DNA of 64,000 nucleotides from positions 34,561-98,560 of the forward strand of contig DATJXN010000022.1 in assembly GCA_035500095.1 (NCBI GenBank). The letters run 5' to 3'. The position numbers and the translations under genes are program-made. Each line of letters begins with the position of its first letter. Within the stretch, counting starts at the first letter, position 1. Shown piece by piece: positions 50,231-59,496 of this stretch. This DNA comes from Candidatus Binataceae bacterium. Its GTDB lineage: Bacteria > Desulfobacterota > Binatia > Binatales > Binataceae. The notes under the pieces are model-generated. The model saw only the letters and a list, made by a program, of their open reading frames with translations, searched no databases and was not told where the DNA came from.

Positions 50231-51097
50231 ATGATGCCGACTGATCCGCTAGCCGAATTCCTGATCTCGCACGCCCAGGCGATCCTGCGCCTGCATCGGC
50301 GCGGCAGCGCCGATGCCTTCGGGCTCAGCCCGGCCGACCTCGGCACGGCGCTCTACCGCAGCGTGCACTCCTGGAATGCCGACGCCCAGCCGGCCGCGAT
50401 CGACGAATACCTCGATGCGCTGCGCGCCGACGACCTGGTGCTCGCGTGCGCCTGCGCCAATGGCGACGAGCGCGCGTGGGAGGGCTTCATCGAAAAGTAC
50501 CGACCCGTGCTCTATGCCGCGGCGCATACGCTTACCCGCGACGAGGCCGCGGCGCGTGAGCTTGCTGATTCGCTGTGGGCGGACCTCTACGGCGCCAACC
50601 CGCGCTCAGAGGAGCGCCGCTCGCTGCTGGCTTACTATGGCGGGCGCAGCGCGCTCGCGACCTGGCTGCACGCGGTGCTGGCGCGCCGCTTCGTTGATTT
50701 GACGCGCCTGGCAGCCCGGACCAGGCCGCTGGAGAGCCGTCCGAACGAGCCTGCGACGGAGGGAGATCCGTCTGACCCCGATCGCGCCCGCTACGTGAGC
50801 GCGCTCAGCATGGCGCTCAGCGAGGCGCTCGCCGCGCTCGAGCCGCGCGACCGGCTGCGCCTAGGCTACTACTACCTGGAAAGCCTCACACTGAGAGAGA
50901 TCGCCCGGGTCCTGAACGAGCATCCCTCCAGCGTGTCGCGCAGGCTGCAGCAGACCCGCAGCGAGCTCAAGCGGCGTGTGGAGAGATGGTTGCGCCGCGA
51001 GCAGCATTTGAGCGAAGAACAAATCCGCCTGTGTTATGATTACGCATCGGAACAGTGGCCGTTCGACCTGGGACGCGCGCTTTCGGAGTCAAAATGA
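50231..51097 (+). CDS. ECF-type sigma-70 family RNA polymerase sigma factor with N-terminal extension
   Basis: Region 2 (DLVLACACANGDERAWEGFIEKYRPVLY, ELADSLWADLY), linker (GRSALATWLHAVLARRFVDLTR), region 4 HTH (LTLREIARVLNEHPSSVSRRLQQTRSEL). About 70 extra N-terminal residues. Confidence 0.8.
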   Translation: MMPTDPLAEFLISHAQAILRLHRRGSADAFGLSPADLGTALYRSVHSWNADAQPAAIDEYLDALRADDLVLACACANGDERAWEGFIEKYRPVLYAAAHTLTRDEAAARELADSLWADLYGANPRSEERRSLLAYYGGRSALATWLHAVLARRFVDLTRLAARTRPLESRPNEPATEGDPSDPDRARYVSALSMALSEALAALEPRDRLRLGYYYLESLTLREIARVLNEHPSSVSRRLQQTRSELKRRVERWLRREQHLSEEQIRLCYDYASEQWPFDLGRALSESK

Positions 51098-51118
51098 TGC
51101 GGCGCACGCTGCACGTTT

Positions 51119-53281
51119 TTGATGCCGGCCCGTTCCAATTATCGGGGTAGGTGCGATTCGCGGGATTTTCCGGCAAGAGGGAGTTGGGGCTTGGCTCTCG
51201 AAGATTTAGACGATCGGTTTGCGGCCGCGGTAAGGGTCGCCCTTGCCGCCTCGCGCGGCTCCGGCGACGAGGAGGACGGCGCCCCCTCAAGCGCCGAGTG
51301 CCCCTCCGCCGACGCGATCGCGTCGTACTACGAATACGCGCTCAGCCGGGTCGAACGCGCGCGCCTGGAGGACCACTTCTCCGGGTGCGCGAGATGCCAG
51401 GGCACGCTCGCCGCGCTGCTGCGCGCGGCGCCGACGCTCGATAGCACTTCCGAGGCGGGCGCCTTCGCTGCCGCCGCAGCACGCAGAGCGGCGGCCGAGT
51501 CGCCAGGCGACCGCCAGCGATGGTTCCAAATCAGCCTCGCATGGCGGATCGCCGGAGTCTCCGCGGCGGTCACCGCTATGCTCGCGGTTGGCGTGGTCGC
51601 CGGGATGCGCGTCTACCAGAAGACCTACGGGCGCAAGAGCGAGCAGGTAGCCGCCATGAGCCCGGCGCCCGCGCGGCCTCATCGTCACAAGGCGCATCCA
51701 GGGTCTTCACCGCCGAGCGACGCCGAGTTGGCGCTCAATGACAACACGCTGGATAAAAAATCGCTGACCCGCGCCCAGGCGGCCGCGCCAAAGACGGGGC
51801 ACGCTCCCGCGGCGGCAGCACTAAGTCCCCCGCTCGCGGCAGATAAAACGAATGGGCGGATGGCCGGCAGCGTCGTCGGCGGCATCGCCGGAACAACACC
51901 GCAATCGACGGCGCAGCAGTCTTCCAACGCGTCCTCAGCCGGCGAAGCGCCGCAACAGGAAACTCTGTCGGCAGCGCCGCCGACGGACAATAACCGCAAT
52001 GGAGTCGGCTCCGAAGCGGCCGCGCAAGCGGCCGCCGCGCTCGGCGCGCTCGCCGTAACGCCCCTGCCGCCCGCGGCAACGTCTGGGACCTCCGCGCCTG
52101 CGCCCGCTGCGGTCCCGCCTGCGACACCCCCGACATCGGCCGCGGTGCAACCATCGGCGGGCAAGGACGCCGCGGCCGTCGCCGCCAGCACAATCGCCGC
52201 GGCCGGAACGGCGGCAATAGTTGCGGACAAGGCATCGGCGACGCCTGCTTCCGAGTCTGCCGCAAAGGCCGCGGCTCAAAGCGCCGCGGCGGGACTCCCG
52301 GCCAGTGGCGCCAATGCCCCGGCGCTAAAGACAGGGCAGCAAGCGCCGAAACAGCTCACGCAGGATCAGCTGGCGCAACAGGAACTGGCAAAGGCGCAAC
52401 TCGCCAAGGCGCAGCACGCCGCAGAACTGGCCCGGCAGGAAGAGGCGGCGCGTCAGGTCGAAGCGGCGCGGCAAGCGGAAACTGCACGACAGGCGAAAGC
52501 GGCACAAGAGGCGGAAGCCAAGCGGCAGGCGCAAGCCGCCCAGCAGGCCGATGCGGCTCGGAAAGCAAAAGCGGCACAGGAGGCGCAGGCTGCCCGTCAG
52601 GCCGAAGCCGCCAGGAAAGCTGAGCTGGCGCGGCGCGCGGAAGTTGCGCGCAAGGCGGAGCAGGCGCAACGCGACGCCGATCTGAAGCGCCGGATGGACG
52701 AGGCGCGGCGCGAGGCGCAGGCCAAATCGGCTCTCGCGTCCTCGGCCCCCGCAACCGAAGCGGCGCCGCAATCGACGGCTATGCTGCGAGCTGAAAACCT
52801 GCCCCCGCAGCCGCGGCCGCAACCGTCGGTAGGCAACACCCGCGCGGGTAATGAAATCGCGATGGCCGAGCGCCCTGCGGTTATTGCACCTGCGGCCGCA
52901 AGAATCGCTCCCGGCATCCCGGTCGCACCGCACGCCGTCCTGGTTTCGTCGGCGGATCATTCCGCTTTCTGGTCGTTGCAGAGCGACGGGGTTATTTATG
53001 GAACCCACGATCGCAAGAGCTGGGCTCCGCAATACACCGGCGTGCAGGCGGAATTGCTCGCGGGTGTCGCGCCCTCGAACACGGTATGCTGGGCGGTCGG
53101 GCGCAAGGGCGTGATCCTGCAAACCACCGACGGCACGCATTGGACGCAGATCAGCTCGCCGACCACCTCGGACGTGATCGGAATCACCGCCCCCGGCAAG
53201 GACGTCGCGACTATCTTTACCGCAAGCGGCGCGACCTACAGCACCTTCGACGGCGGCAGCAACTGGCAGAAGGTCAACTGA
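51119..53281 (+). CDS. Anti-sigma factor (zf-HC2) with TM helix, Ala/Pro-rich spacer, hexapeptide-periodic charged coiled coil and C-terminal BNR/Ycf48-like domain
   Basis: HFSGCARCQGTLAALL (zf-HC2). TM helix WRIAGVSAAVTAMLAVGVVAGM. AxAARQ-type 6-aa repeats. Asp-box-like TTDGTHWTQ and TFDGGSNWQK at the C-terminus. A likely real start is TTG 51191 (GGGAG-N7). Confidence 0.7.
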   Translation: MMPARSNYRGRCDSRDFPARGSWGLALEDLDDRFAAAVRVALAASRGSGDEEDGAPSSAECPSADAIASYYEYALSRVERARLEDHFSGCARCQGTLAALLRAAPTLDSTSEAGAFAAAAARRAAAESPGDRQRWFQISLAWRIAGVSAAVTAMLAVGVVAGMRVYQKTYGRKSEQVAAMSPAPARPHRHKAHPGSSPPSDAELALNDNTLDKKSLTRAQAAAPKTGHAPAAAALSPPLAADKTNGRMAGSVVGGIAGTTPQSTAQQSSNASSAGEAPQQETLSAAPPTDNNRNGVGSEAAAQAAAALGALAVTPLPPAATSGTSAPAPAAVPPATPPTSAAVQPSAGKDAAAVAASTIAAAGTAAIVADKASATPASESAAKAAAQSAAAGLPASGANAPALKTGQQAPKQLTQDQLAQQELAKAQLAKAQHAAELARQEEAARQVEAARQAETARQAKAAQEAEAKRQAQAAQQADAARKAKAAQEAQAARQAEAARKAELARRAEVARKAEQAQRDADLKRRMDEARREAQAKSALASSAPATEAAPQSTAMLRAENLPPQPRPQPSVGNTRAGNEIAMAERPAVIAPAAARIAPGIPVAPHAVLVSSADHSAFWSLQSDGVIYGTHDRKSWAPQYTGVQAELLAGVAPSNTVCWAVGRKGVILQTTDGTHWTQISSPTTSDVIGITAPGKDVATIFTASGATYSTFDGGSNWQKVN
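52436..52671 (+). repeat. About 13 in-frame 18-nt (6-aa) periodic repeats within the anti-sigma gene
   Basis: Protein reads EEAARQ|VEAARQ|AETARQ|AKAAQE|AEAKRQ|AQAAQQ|ADAARK|AKAAQE|AQAARQ|AEAARK|AELARR|AEVARK|AEQAQR. Confidence 0.8.
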
Positions 53282-53419
53282 CCCGCCCTCCGGGGCGCCG
53301 ACGGGGCTGAAGGTTTTATCGGGGCCAGGGCCTGAATCCGGCCGCCGTAAAAACCCGTCCAAAAAAATCCTGCAAACGATCGTGTCCTCCTCCGTTCCAA
53401 GTACCGAGAAACGGAGGAC

Positions 53420-55954
53420 ATGGGACCACACGCGATCGCTATTGCCGATGATTCGGTTCCCCGGCTAGCGCCGCGATTTGCGCTCTTCGCCCGCGCGCGG
53501 GCGATAGTTACGCGCGATCCGCGGGTTTTGCAGATCGCGTTTTTAGGCTCGCTCCTTCTGGCCGGCGCCTGCTTTCGCGACTTCTGCCTCCGTCCGGCGC
53601 AAATCGCGCTGACTTTCGCCGCCGCGCTTGGCGCGCAGCGATTGTTCGACCGGCTCACGCGCAAAGCCGCGCCGACCCTGCTCAGCGCCACGATCACGGC
53701 GCTTAGCCTCACGCTGCTTTTGCGCGCGGACAACCTGTGGGCGCAGCCTGCGGCCGCCGCGCTTGCGATAGCGTCGAAGTTCCTCCTGCGCGTACGCGGA
53801 AGGCATCTGTTCAACCCGGCCAATTTCGGCGTCGCGGTCGCGCTGTTGACCTTGCCAGGCGCATGGGTTTCGCCCGGCCAATGGGGCAGCGATGTCGCAC
53901 TCGCGGGATGGCTGGTGGTGCTGGGCGCGACGGTTACGAGCCGCGCGCGTCGCGCGGACATAAGCTGGATGTTCCTCGGCTTCTACCTCGGCGCGCTGGC
54001 CGCGCGCGTCGCCTGGCTCGGCCAGCGATGGGCGGTCTGGACGCATCAGCTTGGCTCGGGCGCGCTGCTGCTATTCGCGTTCTTCATGATTTCCGATCCG
54101 ATCACCACGCCGAGCCATCCGCGTGGCCGCGCCGCCCACGCCGCGCTGGTCGCGGCGATCGCCTACGCCTGGGGCTTCGGGCTCTTTCGCACCAATGCGG
54201 TGCTGTGGGCGCTCTTCGTCGCGGCTCCGATGGTCGCGGTGTGGGACGCGATCTGGCCGGCGCCCAAATTCGATTGGACGTCCTTGCACGGACGCCTCAA
54301 TGCAAACGAGGGCATCAATGAAAACGCAGTGATCAATGCGGGCGAGAGCATCATGGCGAAAGAAGGCATCATGGCGAACGAGGGCATCATGCAAACGAAA
54401 ACATCACCGACAGACGAGGTATCAATGGGCCGGATCGTATCCGCAAATCAGCCGCGGTCTCAAACGGGACTTCGACGTATCGCCGCAAGACTTATCGCAT
54501 CAAGACTTATCGCATCAAGGTTTATCGGACTGAGACCGGCGCCGCGTAGGGCGGTGATGGTCCTGCTCGCGGCCGCGGCGGCGCTGGCGCTATGGCCACC
54601 GGCCGAGGCCAGGGCGTTCTGCGGCTTTTACGTCGGCCGCGCCGACGCGCAGCTTTACAATCATGCTTCGCAGGTCGTGATGGTGCGCGACGGCGATCGC
54701 ACCGTGCTGAGCCTCATGAACGACTACCAGGGCGAACCCGAGCAATTCGCGCTGGTCATCCCGGTGCCGGTGGTCCTGCAGCAGGGGCAGATCCATATCG
54801 GAAACCGCGAGCTGTTCCAGCGAATCGACAGCTACAGCGCGCCGCGCCTCGTCGAATACTACGACCCCAGCCCGTGCGCGCTGCCGATGTCGGAGATGAA
54901 CCTGCAAAACCACGCCGCGGCGGTGGCCGGGATGGCCTTCGACATGGCCGCCGCGCGCAAGGACGCCAAGGCGCTCGGCGTGACGATCGAGGAGCAGTAC
55001 ACGGTCGGCGAGTACGACATCGTGATTCTCTCGGCGACGCAATCGGACGGCCTCGAGACCTGGCTGCGCCAAAGCGGTTACAACATTCCGCAGGGGCTCA
55101 ATGCCGCGCTCGCGCCTTACATCCGGCAGGGGATGAAGTTTTTCGTCGCGCGGGTCAATCTCAAGGAGCATCAGCGCACCGGGCTCAGCTACCTGCGCCC
55201 GATCCAGTTCGCCTTCGAGTCGCCGAAGTTCATGCTGCCGATTCGGCTGGGGATGATTAATGCGAACGGCCCGCAGGACCTGATCGTGTATGCGCTCTCG
55301 AGCGAGGGACGCGTCGAGACCACCAACTATCGCACGGTCAAGATGGCGAGCGGGATGGACGTGCCGGAGTTCGTGCAGAACAAGTTCGACAAGTTCTACC
55401 AGGCGGCGTTCGACCAGCAGGTCAAACGGGACGAGATGCGCACCGTGTTCACCGAATACGTGTGGAACATGTCGTTTTGCGATCCGTGCGCGGCGCCGCC
55501 GCTCAGCCGCGACGAACTGCGCCAGCTCGGCGTCTTCTGGCTCGACGACGGACCGCAAGCCGTGCCGCAACCGAGGATGCCGATGATCAACCCGGGGACG
55601 TCGCGGATTTTCCCGATCCCCGCGCCGGGCCCGGCACAAGTGATCCTGACCCGGCTGCACGTCCGCTATTCGGCCGATACCTTCCCCGAAGACCTCGCCT
55701 TCCAGCAGACGCAGGACCAGGAGAATTTCCAGGCCCGGTACGTGATCCGGCATCCATGGACCGGATCGTCCGACTCATGCTCGGCCGCGCCGGCCTACTT
55801 CGCGGAGCTCCGGCGCCGGCATGAAGCCGAGGCCGCCACGCTCGCCGATCTTACCGGATGGGACCTTGCGAGCGTGCTGCGGGAGGCGGGACTTAGTCCC
55901 GAAGATCGCCCGCAGCCATGGTGGCGGCATCTGTGGAATGCCGGACAGAACTGA
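53420..55954 (+). CDS. Fusion ORF: RnfD/NqrB-like polytopic membrane domain, then tandem-repeat linker, internal signal-peptide-like helix and DUF2330-like domain
   Basis: 844 aa with no stop. N-part has HLFNPANFG and FFMISDPITTP (NQR2/RnfD/RnfE-family motifs) and several TM helices. C-part begins MVLLAAAAALALWPPAEARA|FCGFYVGRADAQLYNHASQVVMVRDGDRTVLS, which is DUF2330-like from memory. Confidence 0.65.
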   Translation: MGPHAIAIADDSVPRLAPRFALFARARAIVTRDPRVLQIAFLGSLLLAGACFRDFCLRPAQIALTFAAALGAQRLFDRLTRKAAPTLLSATITALSLTLLLRADNLWAQPAAAALAIASKFLLRVRGRHLFNPANFGVAVALLTLPGAWVSPGQWGSDVALAGWLVVLGATVTSRARRADISWMFLGFYLGALAARVAWLGQRWAVWTHQLGSGALLLFAFFMISDPITTPSHPRGRAAHAALVAAIAYAWGFGLFRTNAVLWALFVAAPMVAVWDAIWPAPKFDWTSLHGRLNANEGINENAVINAGESIMAKEGIMANEGIMQTKTSPTDEVSMGRIVSANQPRSQTGLRRIAARLIASRLIASRFIGLRPAPRRAVMVLLAAAAALALWPPAEARAFCGFYVGRADAQLYNHASQVVMVRDGDRTVLSLMNDYQGEPEQFALVIPVPVVLQQGQIHIGNRELFQRIDSYSAPRLVEYYDPSPCALPMSEMNLQNHAAAVAGMAFDMAAARKDAKALGVTIEEQYTVGEYDIVILSATQSDGLETWLRQSGYNIPQGLNAALAPYIRQGMKFFVARVNLKEHQRTGLSYLRPIQFAFESPKFMLPIRLGMINANGPQDLIVYALSSEGRVETTNYRTVKMASGMDVPEFVQNKFDKFYQAAFDQQVKRDEMRTVFTEYVWNMSFCDPCAAPPLSRDELRQLGVFWLDDGPQAVPQPRMPMINPGTSRIFPIPAPGPAQVILTRLHVRYSADTFPEDLAFQQTQDQENFQARYVIRHPWTGSSDSCSAAPAYFAELRRRHEAEAATLADLTGWDLASVLREAGLSPEDRPQPWWRHLWNAGQN
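54299..54406 (+). repeat. Six in-frame 18-bp tandem repeats (hexapeptides NANEGI/NENAVI/NAGESI/MAKEGI/MANEGI/MQTKTS)
   Basis: Read directly: aatgcaaacgagggcatc / aatgaaaacgcagtgatc / aatgcgggcgagagcatc / atggcgaaagaaggcatc / atggcgaacgagggcatc / atgcaaacgaaaacatca. Locally lower GC. Confidence 0.85.
54486..54530 (+). repeat. Three 15-bp tandem repeats (caagacttatcgcat x2 plus degenerate caaggtttatcggac)
   Basis: Encodes RLIAS-RLIAS-RFIGL, just upstream of the internal signal-peptide-like helix. Confidence 0.8.
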
Positions 55955-56171
55955 GTCACGCGCGCTCCATCGACGGGCGCCCCGATGGAGGCGGGACCAA
56001 TCTGCGGTCCTCGGCCCGCTACCTCGGAGCACCTGGGGCCGCGCGAGTTTAGCCTCCGCGATGCTCGCGCTGCCCCCAGCATACGATTACAGGCGCTTCC
56101 TGGAGCCCAAACCTGCCACGCCGAGACCACGCGGAAAACGCCCCTGCGAAGCCATGTTTTTAGCGCTTTTG

Positions 56172-56200
56172 TTGACTTGGGCCGGACGCTCGCCTAACTT
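56172..56200 (+). promoter_or_regulatory. Sigma70-like promoter candidate for the ffh operon (TTGACT-N17-TAACTT)
   Basis: TTGACT at 56172-56177 and TAACTT at 56195-56200, about 65 nt upstream of the ffh ATG. Confidence 0.3.
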
Positions 56201-56266
56201 TGATCATCCGGGCCGGTACATCGCTGCAAACCCAACTCCGCCGACGGCGTCTCATCACCCTGCTCC

Positions 56267-57604
56267 ATGTTTGACACGTTAAGCGATCGCCTCGAAGGAG
56301 TCTTCAAGAGACTCAGAGGCCAGGGCCGGGTCACCGAGCGCAATATCGAAGAAGCGCTGCGCGAGGTCCGGCTCGCGCTGCTCGAGGCCGACGTCAATAT
56401 CCGCGTCGTCCGCGATTTCATCGATCACGTCAAGCACAAGGCGCTCGGCCAGGAAGTGATGGCGTCGCTGACGCCCGAGCAGCACTTCATTCGCTTCGTC
56501 GCGATCGAACTGCGCGAGATGATGGGCGGCAGCACCCGCGAGCTCGACCTCAAGGTCAAGCCGCCGGTCAAAATCATGATGGTCGGGCTGCAGGGCTCGG
56601 GCAAAACCACTTCCTCGGCGAAGCTCGCGCGCTTTCTCAAGGACGAGCGCAAGCGTCATCCGCTGCTGGTCTCGACCGACGTCAGGCGGCCGGCCGCGAT
56701 GGAGCAGTTGCGTGTGCTCGGCGCGCAGATTGGAGTTGCGGTACTGGAGACGCGCGAGACTGAAGACCCGATCGAAATCGGCAGCCGCGCGCTCGCCCGC
56801 GCCGAAACCGCCGGTTACGACGCCATCATCTTCGATACCGCGGGCCGCCTGCAGATCGACGAGGAGCTGATGGACGAGCTCGCGCGCCTGCGCACCGCCG
56901 TCCAGCCGCATCAGATCCTGCTCGTCGCCGACGCGATGACCGGGCAGGACGCGGTCAACGTCGCGCAGGGCTTTCACGATCAGCTCAAGATTTCCGGCGT
57001 GGTCCTGACCAAGCTCGACAGCGACGCGCGCGGCGGCGCCGCGCTCTCGGTGCGCGCGGTCACCGGCGCGCCGATCCTGTTCGCCGGCACCGGCGAAAAG
57101 CTCGCGGCGCTCGAGGTTTTCCATCCCGACCGCCTCGCCTCGCGCATTCTTGGAATGGGCGACGTGCTCACGCTGATCGAGAAGGCGCAGCAGAGCTACG
57201 ACCAGACCAAGGCGAAGGAACTCGAGCGCAAGTTCAAGAAGAACGAATTCACCATCAGCGACTTTGCCGAGCAGCTGAGGACGCTGCGCAAGATGGGTTC
57301 GCTCGGCGATCTGCTGGGGATGATTCCGGGACTGAAAAAAATCGCCGGCCAGGCCGATTCCGAGGAAGCCCGGCGCGAGCTGATGCGGATCCAGGCGATC
57401 ATCGACTCGATGACCGTGCAGGAGCGCAACAACCACCTGGTGCTGAACGGGCGGCGCCGCGCGCGCATCGCCGCCGGCAGCGGAACCTCGGTCCAGGACG
57501 TCAACCGCTTTGTCAAACAGTTCGAACAGACCCGCAAAATGATGAAAAAGTTCACCAAGGGGTCGGCCCTGGGCATGATGCGCGGCCTGGGCATTGGGAG
57601 CTAG
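56267..57604 (+). CDS. ffh: Signal recognition particle protein Ffh
   Basis: MFDTLSDRLEGVFKRLRG, GLQGSGKTTSSAKLA, DTAGRL, Met-rich M domain. Confidence 0.97.
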   Translation: MFDTLSDRLEGVFKRLRGQGRVTERNIEEALREVRLALLEADVNIRVVRDFIDHVKHKALGQEVMASLTPEQHFIRFVAIELREMMGGSTRELDLKVKPPVKIMMVGLQGSGKTTSSAKLARFLKDERKRHPLLVSTDVRRPAAMEQLRVLGAQIGVAVLETRETEDPIEIGSRALARAETAGYDAIIFDTAGRLQIDEELMDELARLRTAVQPHQILLVADAMTGQDAVNVAQGFHDQLKISGVVLTKLDSDARGGAALSVRAVTGAPILFAGTGEKLAALEVFHPDRLASRILGMGDVLTLIEKAQQSYDQTKAKELERKFKKNEFTISDFAEQLRTLRKMGSLGDLLGMIPGLKKIAGQADSEEARRELMRIQAIIDSMTVQERNNHLVLNGRRRARIAAGSGTSVQDVNRFVKQFEQTRKMMKKFTKGSALGMMRGLGIGS

Positions 57605-57632
57605 AATACCCGTCAGGAGAGTTTAACCGTCT

Positions 57633-57878
57633 ATGGCACTTGTGATCCGCTTGCGCCGTCATGGCAGCCGCAAGAGACCCTTCTACCGTATCGTGGTTGC
57701 GGACAGCCGCTCGCCGCGTGACGGCCGCTGTGTTGCCGAGATCGGCACCTATGACCCGTCTTTCGATCCGCCCAAGGTCTCACTGAAGAAGGACCAGGCC
57801 GAACGATGGATGGGCTCCGGCGCAACGCCTTCCCCGACGGTAAGGAAGCTCATGGTGCAAGCAGCCAGCACTGCCTAA
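57633..57878 (+). CDS. rpsP: 30S ribosomal protein S16
   Basis: [32 protein letters not shown]... Confidence 0.97.
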   Translation: MALVIRLRRHGSRKRPFYRIVVADSRSPRDGRCVAEIGTYDPSFDPPKVSLKKDQAERWMGSGATPSPTVRKLMVQAASTA

Positions 57879-57901
57879 ATCTTCCGCTCTAGGAGCCAGC
57901 C

Positions 57902-58138
57902 ATGAAGGAGCTTGTACAGTTCCTGGCGCAGCAATTGGTCAACAACCCCGATGCGGTAGAGGTCAAGGAGACCCAGGGCGATACTGCCTCGGTGCTTGAG
58001 CTGCGAGTGGCGAAGGAAGACCTGGGCCGTGTGATCGGCAAGCAGGGGCGCACGGCTAAATCGATCCGGACGATATTGAACGCCGTGGCCTCGCGGACCA
58101 ATCGCAAGGTCGTCCTTGAAATCATAGAAGACAAGTAG
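57902..58138 (+). CDS. KH-domain RNA-binding protein (YlqC/UPF0109 family)
   Basis: 78 aa. LRVAKEDLGRVIGKQGRTAKSIRTIL (GxxG KH motif). Conserved position between rpsP and rimM. Confidence 0.9.
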   Translation: MKELVQFLAQQLVNNPDAVEVKETQGDTASVLELRVAKEDLGRVIGKQGRTAKSIRTILNAVASRTNRKVVLEIIEDK

Positions 58139-58272
58139 TCCGCCCGAAAAAAGCAAGCTACGATCGAATGGCCAATCGCCGAGCGCGCCTGCTAGACGAC
58201 CGGCGCTCCGCGCCGGTCGGGGCCGCGGGCGCCAAGCGCGAGCGTCCGCTCGCGCGCGCGACCGCCGACGGG

Positions 58273-58776
58273 ATGTTGCGTGTCGGCTATGCAGCCGGCA
58301 GCCACGGCCTGCACGGCGCGATCCGCGTGCGCACGGACGACCCTGCTTCGACCACGCTCGGTGCGGTCGCGCGGCTGTTTGTCGAAACCGCGGGCGGCGC
58401 ACGGCGCGAATTCAAAATCCTGGGCACGAGCGCGCTCAGCGCCGGCAATCATAGGGTCATGCTCGAGGGTATCGTCGATGCGGACGCGGCCGAGGCACTC
58501 CGCGGGGGCGCCGTGATGGTCGCCGTCGCCGACCTGCCGCCGCCTGGCGAGGGCGAGTTCTATTACTTCCAGCTCGCCGGCGCGGAAGTGATCCTGACCG
58601 ACGGGCGGCGCCTCGGCACGATCGAGGACATCATCGCGACCGGCGCGCACGACGTATGGGTGGTCCGCGACGGCGAGCGCGAAGTGCTGGTGCCGGTCAT
58701 CAGCGACGTGGTCAAGGCGATGGATCTCGAGGCGCGGCGAGTTACGATCGAAGCGGTACCGGGACTCCTGGACTAG
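58273..58776 (+). CDS. rimM: Ribosome maturation factor RimM
   Basis: [20 protein letters not shown]..., PRC-barrel C-terminus. ATG 58273 preferred to the upstream track start at 58168. Confidence 0.9.
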   Translation: MLRVGYAAGSHGLHGAIRVRTDDPASTTLGAVARLFVETAGGARREFKILGTSALSAGNHRVMLEGIVDADAAEALRGGAVMVAVADLPPPGEGEFYYFQLAGAEVILTDGRRLGTIEDIIATGAHDVWVVRDGEREVLVPVISDVVKAMDLEARRVTIEAVPGLLD

Positions 58777-58789
58777 CGGCCGCCAATCG

Positions 58790-59476
58790 ATGGAATTCCA
58801 CGTCATCACGCTCTTCCCGGAACTGTTCGCCGCCGCCAACTGGCCCGGGATGGTCGGACGCGCGCTCAAGGCCGGCCTGCTTACGATCGAGGCCCATGCG
58901 CTTCGCGATCACGGGCTCGGCAATCATCGGCAGGTCGACGATACGCCATACGGCGGCGGGAGCGGAATGGTGCTGCGGCCGGAGCCGCTTTTCGCCGCGA
59001 TCGAAAGCGTGCTCGATGCGCATCCGGGACTATGGCGCGTGCTGCTGACGCCGCAGGGCGAGCCGCTCGACCAATCGATAGTGCGCGAGCTCGGCGCGCG
59101 CCGGCCGGGGCTGCTGCTGATCGCAGGACGCTACGAGGGCGTCGACGAACGCGTGCGCAGCGCGGTCGACCAGGAAATCTCGATTGGCGACTACGTGCTG
59201 AGCGGCGGCGAATTGCCCGCGATGGTGCTGACCGAGGCGGTTGCCCGCCTGGTGCCGGGCGTGCTCGGCAATCCCGAGTCGCTCGAGGAAGAGTCGTTCG
59301 CCGACGGCCTGCTCGAATATCCTCACTACACGCGCCCCGAGGAGTTTCGCGGGATGCGCGTGCCCGAGGTGCTGCTGAGCGGCGACCATCAGAAGATTCG
59401 CGCGTGGCGCGAGGCCGAAGCGCTCAAGCGCACCGCACGCCGGCGCCCCGACCTGCTCAAACGCCGCCGCCCCTGA
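58790..59476 (+). CDS. trmD: tRNA (guanine37-N1)-methyltransferase TrmD
   Basis: [42 protein letters not shown]. Confidence 0.97.
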   Translation: MEFHVITLFPELFAAANWPGMVGRALKAGLLTIEAHALRDHGLGNHRQVDDTPYGGGSGMVLRPEPLFAAIESVLDAHPGLWRVLLTPQGEPLDQSIVRELGARRPGLLLIAGRYEGVDERVRSAVDQEISIGDYVLSGGELPAMVLTEAVARLVPGVLGNPESLEEESFADGLLEYPHYTRPEEFRGMRVPEVLLSGDHQKIRAWREAEALKRTARRRPDLLKRRRP

Positions 59477-59496
59477 CGCTCGTCGGGCACCACACC

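Noticed and set aside
54299-54530. Tandem 18-bp and 15-bp repeats, considered as a possible CRISPR-like or mini-satellite array.
   Set aside because: The repeats are contiguous with no spacers, are in frame, and are embedded in a long ORF. No cas genes are in the window. They are interpreted as coding tandem repeats.
59032-59496. Upstream 155 codons of the track ORF 59032-60054.
   Set aside because: It overlaps trmD in another frame and is Arg-rich junk. Homology to the methyltransferase family begins near TTG 59497.
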